DNA from: Eledone cirrhosa
Taxonomy: Eukaryota
Direction of reading: 5' to 3'
Assembly (NCBI GenBank): GCA_964016885.1
Contig: OZ024741.1
Location: 143,902,001-143,966,000 of the forward strand
DNA length: 64,000 nucleotides
In this document: positions 40,058-53,459 of the stretch, one piece after another
Position numbering within the stretch: the stretch's first letter is position 1
How the letters are laid out: every line of letters starts with the position of its first letter
Notes under the pieces: model-generated
The model's database searches: none
The model's input: only the letters and a program-made list of their open reading frames with translations
What the model was told of the DNA's origin: nothing
Made by a program: the position numbers and the translations under genes

Positions 40058-42850
40058 GTAAGAATTTATGTGTTTGAATTTATGCAACTATGCTCCTTCT
40101 TATTGTAGTTAGTTTTCCATCCCCAGCTGTAATTGGAGTAGATTAGGGTGTATACATTCTGTGAATTGTAATTAGCCAAATTATGATCTTTAAACCCCAA
40201 TCAAACATGTGTAAAATAAGTAGATACGGCTCCAGTTAGCTCTGGAAAAGATGAAGGCTATCCCCTGTAAACTCTATGGGTTTGATTAAGTCTTTCATTA
40301 TATATATAATCAAATACACAGTATTTGAATTAATTAATGAAGGATTTGGAGAAATCTATAAAATTATTATTTCATTATTAAGACGAGATTTTTAACATAA
40401 AAGGTTTTATATTAAATAATAATCATCATCGTCATCGTTTTATGTCCATTCTTCCACACTAGCATGGGTTTGACGGGTTGTCCTGTTGTGGGCAATGCCA
40501 GTTCGGGTGACCATCTCGTGCTCATACAGAACTGATTCTGGCCTGATTTCTACAGCCGGATGCCCTTCCTAACGCCAACCTCATTTACAGTGAGTACTGG
40601 GTACTTTTTTGTCGTGACACCCATACAACCACTTTACAGTGGGAGGGAGGGGGCATATTATATATATGCTTCAGCTACGGCTTGTACCCATGGGAAGTTG
40701 GGTCTTTTGTATTACTGCGTAACGCCAGAGGTCTCGGTCCTGTGTCATTGCCCCCGAGAGGTGCAACTGGGCAAGGTCAGCTTTTATCACCTCATCCCAG
40801 GTCTTCTTGGGTCTCCCCACTCCAAGGCTTCCATCAAATAATGTTGGAACTCTTTAAAATGGGGTGTTTTGTTTCATAGAACCAGACGTAGTTTTGAAGA
40901 GGTTGGTATCAAAAACATTAGCATAGTGGTTTCTAACCTGGCATCCATCAGCTAAGTTCAATATTTCTTTAAAATATAATATGCACACTTCCTATACTTA
41001 TCTTAGTATAAATATTTCTCTCCTTCAATTGTTATTTGCACTGTATAACAATCTTGGAGAGGAGTAATTGTAGTGGGAACGGTTGTAATTCATTTAAATA
41101 AAAGGAGTCCTTATAAGGGAAAAGAGAACCACTGAATTAAAAACTAGCCCTAGTCAATGATAAATGAGTAAAACTTGTGTTTGTAAATTCCATGAATATA
41201 TTGTGGTTACATAGGCATCTCTAAAGAATCTTTTGTTTTTGATAAGAGAGGAATTTGACTGGAGTTGTTTCCCCATTTCCTTCTGGTCCATAAGAAGACT
41301 TGAACTGAGCACTGTTAACCTAAGACACACTTGTAAATATTACAGTGATTCAGTTGTTTTAGTGGCAGGTTGTACTTAGTCACTCGTACATATTTACAAT
41401 CTAAGCAGACTGGGATGTTTCAGAGGCGAGTGTCTTTGTCACAGAAATCAACCAAGTTTGCAAACAAATATCTGGTAGTTCAAGCAGAGTAAAATTTACA
41501 ACAGAATTTTGTGGTCCATCATACAATCCGCTAGGTCCTATCAGGGAAATGTGATGAGAGTGTAACCTCTGCTCCATTGAAGTACTGAAGATCATGACCA
41601 GGAAAGGAATTAAATTCCAGGCATGATTAGATCTTTTATATGACAATACAAAGCATTAAGAACGTTCTCTAAATACAATTTACCTGTCACTCAAAGCTCT
41701 AATCCTTATTAATCTAAAGCTATATTATATCTCCAGCTAACCTACACATTAAGCTCCAAAACCATACTCTATAAATAAACATTATTATCTACCAACCCAT
41801 CTGTATCTAGAACATTTAATATAAATTAAATTAAAGTTGTAGTGCACCTGAGCATTGTAGACAATAATTTCATTATTATATATTAATATGAATACCCATC
41901 TATCCCAAATACTCATAGATTCGCTATAGAGACATGGTAGCAACAATATATAAGATAATATTAGCACAAAAAAGGGGATTTCCCACAAGTATCTCTCTAA
42001 ATAATTCGAACTAATGCTCTCTCCATATACAACAAATATAACATACACATAGTCTTACACCAAAACAGCACAGTATCTATCGCTCATAGTGTCACTACTA
42101 TACATCATCCCCCTTAGGAATTTAACTTATCTTAATCAAAACACTATGCAAACCACATACAGACACACATCAAAGGCCATCTGAAAATTCTAGTACCCCA
42201 TGGAGACATACTGGTGACCACAAATGGCTTTGATAGAGATCAAAATGCCTAATTTAGTGGCTGATGTTAGTTTTCTTTTCTTTACTCTTCATCTCATCCT
42301 CCTCTTCTTTTAAGTCTCTCAGTAATAATATTAGCTTATCACCCATTAATGTTTCTCAATGAATCATCTACAGTGGTCAGCATAAATGAACAATTATTCA
42401 CTAACTGTCAACACCCAAACCATCCCATCTGCCCTTAAACATCATTTTGATCATTTTCCTATGGAAGCCCATAAGTACTCACACACACATATACATTTAT
42501 TTTTCCTGATTGCACAAACAATTATAGGTACACTTTTTCTGAAGAGATGCAGTTATAATATTCCCTGGCTGTTTGAAGTAATTGATTGTCTAATAATCCA
42601 GATTTCATAGGCCTGTGACTGGATATTATATTACATAATGTATCGAATCGCATGCCAGAATTACTAATAACAAAATATTGAACATCAGCATTTATACCTC
42701 ATTGATTTTCCCACAACCCTTGACTATTTATATATATCATCATCATCATTTAACGTCTATCTTCCACGCTAGATATATATATATTATATACATCATCATC
42801 ATCATCATAAAATGATGATGTTAATGATGATGATGATGATATATATATAT

Positions 42851-43307
42851 ATGACAAGTAAGTATGTTTTGAAACAGTGAGCAGGTTTGAAATTAGAAAA
42901 TAGAATAGCTTTCACCGTATTTTTGATTAAAGGAATTTTAGCCTGATAATGGGGTTTAGAACCCTCAGATAAATGGAAAAAGATGAGTATTGACGTACAT
43001 GGGAGTCGAACCCACATCTTTGGTTATCGCGACCACTGTGCTACCATTACACCAACACATCACCTATCTCCTTCCATTCAAATTAGAAGCTACATTCTGA
43101 GCAAGTTTAAATGACAAGTATGTTTTGAAACAGTGAGCAGGTTTGAAATTAGAAAATAGAATAGCTTTCACCGTATTTTTGACTAAAGGAATTTTAGCCT
43201 GATAATGGGGTTATCAGGCTAAATTTCCTTTAGTCAAAAATACGGTGAAAGCTATTCTATTTTCTAATTTCAAACCTGCTCACTGTTTCAAAACATACTT
43301 GTCATTT
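42851..43307. mobile_element. Composite element: direct repeat, tRNA-like module, direct repeat, inverted repeat
   Basis: A ~100-bp block at 42851-42955 is repeated at 43111-43210 and inverted at 43211-43307 (loop TGGGG). Confidence 0.9.
42991..43061 (-). tRNA. tRNA-like cloverleaf (non-canonical anticodon loop, CGA at the anticodon position); probably TE-borne
   Basis: GATGTGT TG GTGT AATGGTA GCAC A GTGGT CGCGATA ACCAA AGAT GTGGG TTCGACT CCCAT GTACGTC A; A and B boxes present; T5 tract about 10 nt downstream. Confidence 0.6.
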
Positions 43308-43497
43308 TAACAAAAGATCTTGTAAAATTATAATCTAATTTTTTACATAAATATAGACACTTTAAAACAGGCAGCTTCATATTGCAGAATTGGAGTCAGT
43401 TTGGTATGAAGAAGGTTAAAACGAGGTTTAAATCACATAAAACTGTTTTCTTTACACACAGGGATTCACCATTATAATTCTACTCTTGTTCTTTTAG

Positions 43498-43579
43498 AGG
43501 CATCAATTTCACTTTAAGTGCTTTAGTCTTCAATGTGGTACCAACAACCTTTGAAGTAGCTTTGGTCAGTAGTATATTG
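43498..43579 (+). CDS. ABCB7: ABCB7 exon 6
   Basis: ttttag|A GINFTLSALVFNVVPTTFEVALVSSIL|gtaagt. Confidence 0.96.
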
Positions 43580-44048
43580 GTAAGTGGAATATTTGTGTTT
43601 TCTGGAAGTTTCCCTGTGGACATTTCCATGATTGTCCTTCCTGACACTAAACTTAGTTTTTCTAAGTTGGGTAAAATCTTCATGCATCTAAACTCTGACT
43701 AGCAGGATTTCTGTTTATGCAGCGTAGGTGTTACAACAAAAATCACCCAGTACTCACTATAAATGAAGTTGGCATTAAGAAGGGCATCCAGTTTTAGAAA
43801 CCAAGCCCGAATCAGTTCTGTATGAGCAAGACATGGTCACCTGACCTGGCATTACACACAACAGGACAACTTGTTTAACCCATGCTAGCATGATGATGAT
43901 GATAGAAATATTTCTGCTGAATGTCAAATGATTTCCTTCGAATGAAATGGCTCTAGTCCTGTAGAAGCCATTTCTATATCAAATATTGTATATTCTCTAT
44001 GTATTGAGTACCTTACTTACTCTGGTTACCCCCAATTGAACCCGGGAT

Positions 44049-44106
<58 letters not shown>

Positions 44107-45039
44107 TGGTGAAGACATGGCCACTAGCATAAATGTGACCTGACTCATCTAAACACCCTTACCCCTTTCATGCCCCCTCCAGTATAATGTCTTAGCTATT
44201 CCTCCTCCATCCCTAAAGTCCTGAGATACCTTCCCTATTGCATCCTAGTAGCTACTCTCTCCACCCTGTCCATACCACCCTACAATGCCTCCTCCATTGC
44301 CACTCCTTAACTACCCCCCCCCTCTATCACACCATAGTAGCTACTCCCGCCAACCCTGTGTACCCCTCTCTTACCGTACCTTCTCCACTATCACTTCTTA
44401 GCTATTCTCTCCATCACTACACTGCTCCCTACCTCATGCTAGTGACCACATCATCAACACCTCCACCACTGTCACTGCTTAGGTATTCTCACCATCACTA
44501 CATACCCTATGCTATTGGAGCTCACCCTTGTCCACACCCCTACTTATCACCCTATCAAATCACACCCTATCATACATCCATAACTTCGTACTTATCTCCC
44601 TTCTCCTCTTCCTTCCACTTCCACAGAGCAGAGGGCTTTTTAGTTGGACAATAACTGACAACCTCTCTAATGTTGGTGTTACGAAAATGCACCCAGTAAA
44701 TCCTGTAATGTGGTTGGGGATAGGAAGTCCTAGAAGGCTTGCCAAACATAGCGTTGGGTAGCCCCTTCACTTGTGTCAAAAATATGATAACCTCCATAGT
44801 GCTGGTGCCATGGTAATGTGTACTCGGTAGAGCATGGGACTGTATGTGATATGCACGTTCTTGACCTATCTGGGGGGGCCTGTAGACCAGCTTCAGTACT
44901 GACTCAGTCTGTGAAGACTCGTCCAACCTCTGCTAGCAGGGAAAACAGACGTTTTAAAAGATGATGATGGTGATGAATATGTGTATATATGTTCTGAAAG
45001 TACAGTAGCCAAAAGTTCAGGATGCTACTATCACTGCTA

Positions 45040-45400
45040 GCTCCAACAAATTTTTCCTCAAAATGAATGGCAGATTATATGATGCTTGTGTGCAAATGAC
45101 AATACTGCATGGAAGTGAGATTTGGGCTTTATTTGCAGAGGACCTATGGAAATTGGAAAGAAATGAGGCATGCATTTGCTGATGGATGTGTAATAGTACA
45201 TGAACAATGAATCAACAATGAAACTGGGCATAAGAGGTATCAGATGCAATGTGCAGAAGAGGTGACTATGACAGTATGAACATGAGATGTATATGGAGGA
45301 TGACAGATGCATTGAAAGGGGCAGGGAACTCGAAGTTGATGGAAACTATGGAAGAGGAAGACCTAGGAAAGTGTGTGGCAATGTGATAAAAGCTGACCAC
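45040..45400 (+). mobile_element. RTE-like LINE 3' fragment
   Basis: 'ILHGSEIWAL...KLERNE' and 'GRGRPRKV'. Confidence 0.65.
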
Positions 45401-46150
45401 ATGCTTGCCTGCATTTGTCACTAGCTGAGAAATCTTTCAGTTTCCATGTCCATCTCCTCTAATTTGCCTTCCATTTCCATATTCGCCTAGCTTTGATTCT
45501 AAAGTCACTGATCACTAAGTTATGTTGGGTTAGACACTCCTCCTCGGAAAGTGACTTTGTCTTTACAACCATCAGTCTGTCTCGGCTTCTGGTGAAGATA
45601 AAATGAATGACATTTGTGCTTGCTTGACTTACAGGTGATCATACTAGAGAGAAAGACATTACTTATACAAGTAGTCATGCAGTAGGATAGCTTCAAAGTG
45701 AGCTTCTTAACCATACAGCCATACCTGTTTCTTCAGATATGGACTGATTCTTATGGGTTTAGATATATGACTAAAATCTGCTACACCAAATGTATAATTA
45801 AATTTAACATTCCAGATGTTGATGTTATTGTTAGTTCACATCTCTAGTAGTTATAATAAAACAAACAACATTAAATATAATTAACCCTTTCATTACTTAT
45901 TTCTTATGAAAGACATTACCTTTTATTTTCAAATTATTTTGAAAATAATCAGGAATTTCGAGGGATTTAATAATATAACTAACTTTTTCATTATTATATT
46001 GCTATTTGGAACATATCTTAACAAAATGGTTCTTACATAGAATTATGATGAAAGGTTTTTTAAATAAATATAAACAGCTTTGAAGGCTGCTTTAAGGTGG
46101 TTTGGTATGAAAAGTGTTAAAAATAACAATGTATGTTGTTTCTATTACAG

Positions 46151-46239
46151 ATGTACAAATGTGGAGGACAGTTCACACTTGTTACCTTGGGTTGTATTAG
46201 CTCATATGCAGTTTTTACATTTCTAATGACTCAATGGAG
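46151..46239 (+). CDS. ABCB7: ABCB7 exon 7
   Basis: ttacag|MYKCGGQFTLVTLGCISSYAVFTFLMTQWR|gtaag. Confidence 0.95.
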
Positions 46240-46879
46240 GTAAGTTTCACTATTAACCTCTCCTGTTTGGCATTAATTCTACATAACTTTGTTAATAGGG
46301 GATTTCACACTTATTCCGTTTGAGGTATGATGTTTATTGTCATTATCATCATCGTTGAACTACAGAAGCAAATGACCACAATCAATCCTCTTCCATATAT
46401 TTCATAATCAGTTGTAGTCCCAGAGTTAGGTGATTAGCCCATTTCACCAGAATGATTTGAATCTCTTAGTAGAATTAAACCTTTCATTACCATATTTCTA
46501 ATGAAATACACAATATCAATATATTAATGAAAGGTTTTTAGGTATTTACTGAAATTATTAAATATTTTATTACTAAGTTAGTAATTTAATATATGGTTCT
46601 TATGTAAAATTATGTTGGAAGATATCAATTTAAATAGGAATGTTTTAAAATTCATGGTTTTGTTTCATAGAACCAGATACAGTTCTGGTCGAATAGTATT
46701 AAAAGGGTTAAACATTAGAAGGGATAGACTGGTTAGACTTTAAAAGAAAACTATTTTTGTCTTTATGACTACTTGTAATTCAAGATATCAGTTACCTAAT
46801 TGTAATGGTGGCTTCTAAAATATATATTTCTATCAATTCTAAGATTAACTTGATAAATTCGTTTCTCTGTTACTTGCAG

Positions 46880-46967
46880 AACAAAATTCCGAGTCATCAT
46901 GAACAAAGCTGATCAAGAAGCTGGTACAAAAGCTATTGATTCTTTGATTAATTATGAAACAGTCAAG
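46880..46967 (+). CDS. ABCB7: ABCB7 exon 8
   Basis: [29 protein letters not shown]|gtatg. Confidence 0.97.
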
Positions 46968-47630
46968 GTATGGGGAATTTATTAATTAAGATTTTCATAG
47001 GTTGTATGTAGAAAGGACTCTTCGGTCAACTTCTCTAGTTGCTAGTGCTCCGATAAAAGACAACCAATATTCTCTGTAAAGTGGCTAGCATTAAGAAGAG
47101 CTTCCAGCTGTAGAAATCATGCCAAAAAGGATAGCGTGAACTCTTCAGTCAGGTCAGAATATAACTTCTCTAGTGTTGGTGTCATTATATATTCTGTAAA
47201 GTGGTTCGTGTTAGGAAGGACATCTAGCCATAGAAACCATATAAAAAAAGGTAGAGAGGACTCTTCAGTCATGTCGAAAAGATGACAATCTCTTTAGTGC
47301 TGGTGCCATGATAAAATGCACCTAGTATAGTCTGTAAAGTGGTTGGTTATAGAAAGGGCACCCAGTTGTATAAAACATGAAAAAAATGGAACATATTGAG
47401 CATCATGTGGTTCCTTGATCTGTAAAGGATGATAGTAGCTCCACTTATGAACTGACTTAGTAACAACACATGCAACCCATATCAGCATGAAAAGTCATTC
47501 ATGATAGCTATATGGTATGTGTCTGCATGTGGGTGTCTGTGTGTATCTAAGTGTGTTTGTGTTTGTCAATGTATGTAGCTCTATATTTTTATGTCTGTTA
47601 AACCTTTTAAACACTACTTTGTCATTGCAG

Positions 47631-47805
47631 TATTTCAACAATGAGTGGTATGAAGCTCAAAAGTATGATACATTATTGAGTAAGTATGAAAAAGCCTCTT
47701 TGAAAACCACAACAAGTTTGGCTGCTCTGAACTGGGGACAAAATGCCATCTTTAGTATAGGCCTGACAGCTATTATGTACCTGGCTAGTCAAAATGTCTT
47801 AAACG
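47631..47805 (+). CDS. ABCB7: ABCB7 exon 9
   Basis: [13 protein letters not shown]...[31 protein letters not shown]|gtaag. Confidence 0.97.
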
Positions 47806-48639
47806 GTAAGATTCTTTATTACTTTCATTACAATATTTTTAATGAAAAGCACTCTGTAATTTACAAATAATTTTGAAAATCATAGCTTATATTCTCATTG
47901 TTATGCTGGTGTTTGGAACATAATTTAACAGATGTTCTTACATTAAATTATGATGTAAGGTTTTTATATAAATATAAGTACTTTTAAATTACAGAATCAG
48001 GGGCAGTTTGATACCTAAAGGGTTGACTTTCACAGTATGATCATTTAACGATGTCCTATTCTTCCTACTACTAGATCCTTGTATTATTCCACCCTCTTTA
48101 TGAACAAGACCTACTGCCATGATTCATTTTGGCAGACTTTTTATTTCTTCTATAGAATGTTAAAGTAAAGCGCAGGCATGGCTGTGTGGTTAAGAATCTT
48201 GTTTTGCAATACATGGTTTTGGGTCCTTTTCTGCTGTGTAACACCTTGGGTAAATGTCATCTACTATATCATTGGGCTGATCAATGCCTTGTGAGTGAAT
48301 GTAGTAAACAGGAACTAAGGAACCCTATTGTATGTGTCTGTCTGTCCTAATGTATTATTCTGTGCATCTTAACCCTTTAACATTTACATTACTTTATATA
48401 TACTATTATATTTGCATGGTAAAGGCATTACCTCACATAATTATCTCATATAATATCAAATCTATGAGATTTTGATATTATTTATTTTGAGAACAATACC
48501 ATAACATCAGTATGAGCGGCCAGTTACAGCTGGTTTGAACAGAAAGAGGTGAGAGAATTCTGGCCAGATATGGCCGATTTAAATGCTAAAGGGTTAATGC
48601 ATTTTATAAAAAAATAACAATTATGTTCCTATTTTCCAG

Positions 48640-48797
48640 GCACAATGACAATTGGAGATATTGTGATGGTAAATGGATTGCTTTTCCAGTTGTCCTTACC
48701 CCTGAATTTTCTAGGATCTGTCTACAGAGAGATCCGACAATCCCTCATTGATATGCAAACCATGTTTAGCTTGCTTAATTTGGAATCTGCTGTAAAG
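48640..48797 (+). CDS. ABCB7: ABCB7 exon 10
   Basis: [52 protein letters not shown]|gtaaa. Confidence 0.97.
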
Positions 48798-49149
48798 GTA
48801 AACATTTTACCCATTTTCATATTGAAACTTTCCTTTAGTTTTGTTTGTTCTCTTTCTTCCACCCGCCTTTCTTTTCTCCATCTCTTCTCTATCTCTTTTT
48901 CCTTACTACCTCACCTCTCTGTTTGTCTCTCCTATTTCTTTTCTCTCTCTTTCTCTCATCTCTTCTGCTCTCTCTCCTCCCTTTCACATCTCCCTCTCTC
49001 ATGCTATATCTCTTCTCTCTCATACTTCCTCTATCCCTTTCTCTTTCTCTTTCTCTGTCCTCTCCTATGCTCACTCCTTTTGTATTTCTCCCTCTGTATC
49101 TCCCCTCCACTGTCAGATAATTATCATCTGGTTGAATGTATGCAATGGG

Positions 49150-52100
49150 TGATATGAGCAATGATGATGGTAGTGGTGGTATGGATGATGATGATGGTCG
49201 TGGTAGTATGGGGGATGATGGTAGTGGTGGTATGGGTGATGATGGTAGTGGTAGTATGGGTGATGATGGTAGTGGTGATATGGGTGATGATGGTAGTGGT
49301 GGTATGGGGGATGATGGTAGTGGTGGTATGGGTGATGATGGTAGTGGTGGTATGGGTGATGATGGTAGTGGTGGTATGGGTGATGATGGTAGTGGTAGTA
49401 TGGGTGATGATGGTAGTGGTGGTATGGGTGATGATGGTAGTGGTGGTATGGGTGATGATGGTAGTGGTAGTATGGGTGATGATGGTAGTGGTGGTATGGG
49501 TGATGATGGTAGTGGTGGTATGGGTGATGATGGTAGTGGTGGTATGGGTGATGATGGTAGTGGTGGTATGGGTGATGATGGTAGTGGTGGTATGGGTGAT
49601 GATGGTAGTGGTAGTATGGGTGATGAAGATGGTCGTGGTAGTATGGGTGATGATGGTAGTGGTGGTATGGGTGATGATGGTAGTGGTGGTATGGGTGATG
49701 ATGGTAGTGGTAGTATGGGTGATGATGGTAGTGGTGGTATGGGTGATGATGGTAGTGGTGGTATGGGTGATGATGGTAGTGGTAGTATGGGTGATGATGG
49801 TAGTGGTGGTATGGGTGATGATGGTAGTGGTGGTATGGGTGATGATGGTAGTGGTGGTATGGGTGATGATGGTAGTGGTAGTATGGGTGATGATGATGGT
49901 CGTGGTAGTATGGGTGATGATGGTAGTGGTGGTATGGGTGATGATGGTAGTGGTGGTATGAGTGATGATGGTAGTGGTGGTATGGGTGATGATGGTGGTA
50001 GTGGTGGTATGGGTGATGATGGTAGTGGTAGTATGGGTGATGGTAGTGGTGGTATGAGTGATGATGGTAGTGGTGGTATGGGTGATGGTAGTGGTGGTAT
50101 GAGTGATGATGGTAGTGGTGGTATGGGTGATGATGGTGGTAGTGGTGGTATGGGTGATGATGGTAGTGGTAGTATGGGTGATGATGGTGGTAGTGGTGGT
50201 ATGGGTGATGATGGTAGTGGTGGTATGAGTGATGATGGTAGTGGTAGTATGGGTGATGATGATGGTCGTGGTAGTATGGGTGATGATGGTAGTGGTGGTA
50301 TGGGTGATGATGATGGTCGTGGTAGTATGGGTGATGATGGTGGTAGTGGTGGTATGGGTGATGATGGTAGTGGTGGTATGGGTGATGGTAGTGGTGGTAT
50401 GAGTGATGATGGTAGTGGTGGTATGGGTGATGATGGTAGTGGTAGTATGGGTGATGATGGTAGTGGTGGTATGGGTGATGATGGTAGTGGTAGTATGGGT
50501 GATGATGGTAGTGGTGGTATGGGTGATGATGGTAGTGGTGGTATGGGTGATGATGATGGTCGTGGTAGTATGGGTGATGATGGTAGTGGTGGTATGGGTG
50601 ATGATGATGGTCGTGGTAGTATGGGTGATGATGGTGGTAGTGGTATGGGTGATGGTAGTGGTGGTATGGGTGATGATGGTAGTGGTGGTATGGGTGATGA
50701 TGATGGTCGTGGTAGTATGGGTGATGATGGTGGTAGTGGTGGTATGGGTGATGATGGTAGTGGTGGTATGGGTGATGATGATGGTCGTGGTAGTATGGGT
50801 GATGATGGTAGTGGTGGTATGGGTGATGATGGTAGTGGTGGTATGGGTGATGGTAGTGGTGGTATGGGTGATGATGGTAGTGGTAGTATGGGTGATGATG
50901 ATGGTAGTGGTGGTATGGGTGATGGTAGTGGTGGTATGGGTGATGATGGTAGTGGTGGTATGAGTGATGGTAGTGGTGGTATGTGTGATGATGGTAGTGG
51001 TGGTATGAGTGATGATGGTAGTGGTGGTATGAGTGATGATGGTAGTGGTGGTATGGGTGATGATGGTAGTGGTGGTATGAGTGATGATGGTAGTGGTGGT
51101 ATGGGTGATGATGGTAGTGGTGGTATGGGTGATGGTAGTGGTGGTATGGGTGATGATGGTAGTGGTAGTATGGGTGATGATGATGGTAGTGGTGGTATGG
51201 GTGATGGTAGTGGTGGTATGGGTGATGATGGTAGTGGTGGTATGAGTGATGGTAGTGGTGGTATGTGTGATGATGGTAGTGGTGGTATGAGTGATGATGG
51301 TAGTGGTGGTATGAGTGATGATGGTAGTGGTGGTATGGGTGATGATGGTAGTGGTGGTATGGGTGATGATGGTAGTGGTGGTATGAGTGATGATGGTAGT
51401 GGTGGTATGAGTGATGATGGTAGTGGTGGTATGGGTGATGATGGTAGTGGTGGTATGGGTGATGATGGTAGTGGTGGTATGAGTGATGATGGTAGTGGTG
51501 GTATGGGTGATGATGATGGTAGTGGTGGTATGAGTGATGATGGTAGTGGTAGTATGGGTGATGATGATGGTAGTGGTGGTATGGGTGATGATGGTAGTGG
51601 TGGTATGGGTGATGATGGTAGTGGTGGTATGAGTGATGATGGTAGTGGTGGTATGGGTGATGATGGTAGTGGTGGTATGGGTGATGAAGATGGCCGTGGT
51701 AGTATGGGTGATGATGATGGTAGTGGTGGTATGGGTGATGATGGTAGTGGTGGTATGGGTGATGATGATGGTAGTGGTGGTATGAGTGATGATGGTAGTG
51801 GTGGTATGAGTGATGATGATGGTAGTGGTGGTATGGGTGATGATGGTAGTGGTGGTATGGGTGATGATGGTAGTGGTGGTATGGGTGATGATGGTAGTGG
51901 TGGTATGGGTGATGATGGTAGTGGTGGTATGGGTGATGATAGTGGTGGTATGAGTGATGATGGTAGTGGTGGTATGGGTGATGGTAGTGGTGGTATGGGT
52001 GATGATGGTAGTGGTGGTATGGGTGATGAAGATGGCCGTGGTGGTATGAGTGATGATGGTAGTGGTGGTATGGGTGATGATGGTAGTGGTGGTATGGGTG

Positions 52101-52916
52101 ATGATGGTAGTGGTGGTATGAGTGATGATGGTAGTGGTAGTATGAGTGATGATGGTAGTGGTGGTATGGGTGATGATGGTAGTGGTGGTATGAGTGATGA
52201 TGGTAGTGGTGGTATGAGTGATGATGGTAGTGGTGGTATGAGTGATGATGGTAATGGTGGTATGGGTGATGATGGTAGTGGTGGTATGAGTGATGATGGT
52301 AGTGGTAGTATGAGTGATGATGGTAGTGGTAGTATGAGTGATGATGGTAGTGGTGGTATGGGTGATGATGGTAGTGGTGGTATGAGTGATGATGGTAGTG
52401 GTGGTATGGGTGATGATGGTAGTGGTAGTATGAGTGATGATGGTAGTGGTGGTATGGGTGATGATGGTAGTGGTGGTATGAGTGATGATGGTAGTGGTGG
52501 TTTGAGTGATGATGGTAGTGGTGGTATGGGTGATGATGGTAGTGGTGGTATGGGTGATGATGGTAGTGGTGGTATGAGTGATGATGGTAGTGGTGGTATG
52601 GGTGATGATGGTAGTGGTGGTATGGGTGATGATGGTAGTGGTAGTATGGGTGATGATGGTAGTGGTGGTATGAGTGATGATGGTAGTGGTAGTATGGGTG
52701 ATGATGGTAGTGGTGGTATGAGTGATGATGGTAGTGGTGGTATGGGTGATGATGGTAGTGGTGGTATGAGTGATGATGGTAGTGGTAGTATGGGTGATGA
52801 TGGTAGTGGTGGTATGAGTGATGATGGTAGTGGTAGTATGAGTGATGATGGTAGTGGTGGTATGGATGATGATGAGGGTAGCAGTGATACGAGTGACGAT
52901 GATGGTAGTGGTGGTA
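49150..52916. repeat. ~3.8-kb G-rich minisatellite (24-bp unit with 21/27-bp variants) in ABCB7 intron 10
   Basis: Unit GGTAGTGGTGGTATGGGTGATGAT. Confidence 0.97.
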
Positions 52917-52961
52917 TTATTGTTGATATGAATACATTTCCTTGAATTAATTTATTCATAG

Positions 52962-53125
52962 ACTTCAGAAACAGCTCCTGCCCTTGATGTTTCTCCAGAA
53001 AATTCATCAGTCACATTTCAAGATGTCTATTTTGAATATGTTCCTGGACGTGCTATATTTAATAACCTAACATTCTCCATTCCTACTGGCAAGAAAATTG
53101 CTATCGTTGGTGGTAGTGGCAGTGG
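52962..53125 (+). CDS. ABCB7: ABCB7 exon 11 (NBD start, first part of Walker A)
   Basis: ttcatag|[29 protein letters not shown]...[13 protein letters not shown]|gtaag. Confidence 0.95.
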
Positions 53126-53459
53126 GTAAGTTTTCTCATAGTAATCAAATTTGAAATACAAAATCTCAGATATTTGTTTTAATTTTTAACATCCTGTAAT
53201 GATTTCACAAAAAATATTTAAACACGGGTTTGTTAAAGCAAATGTTTATAGTGTCTTTACTAGTTGAGAAATTGATGTAAAAATGTATAGTATTAAACTA
53301 AAGGCTCTAATTTTTAATGTGATGCAATCTCAGTGCTGTTTTGTTCATTTCAAGAATGTCTTAATATAGTTTCATGTGGTATAGGGTTTTAAGAGTTAAT
53401 GTTTTACAAGATAGTTATTGTATTTTATATCACATTTTGACTGTGGTTTCGATGGGCTG

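Noticed and set aside
42901-42975. Hammerhead-like words (CTGATAA on plus, GAAAGCTA on minus) in the tRNA-bearing element
   Set aside because: The words lie on opposite strands or lack a closing stem I.
48889-53007. 1372-aa Pro/Ser/Leu ORF (minus) and 1269-aa Gly/Asp/Met ORF (plus)
   Set aside because: Both are by-products of a triplet-phased minisatellite inside ABCB7 intron 10; exons 10 and 11 join in frame across it.
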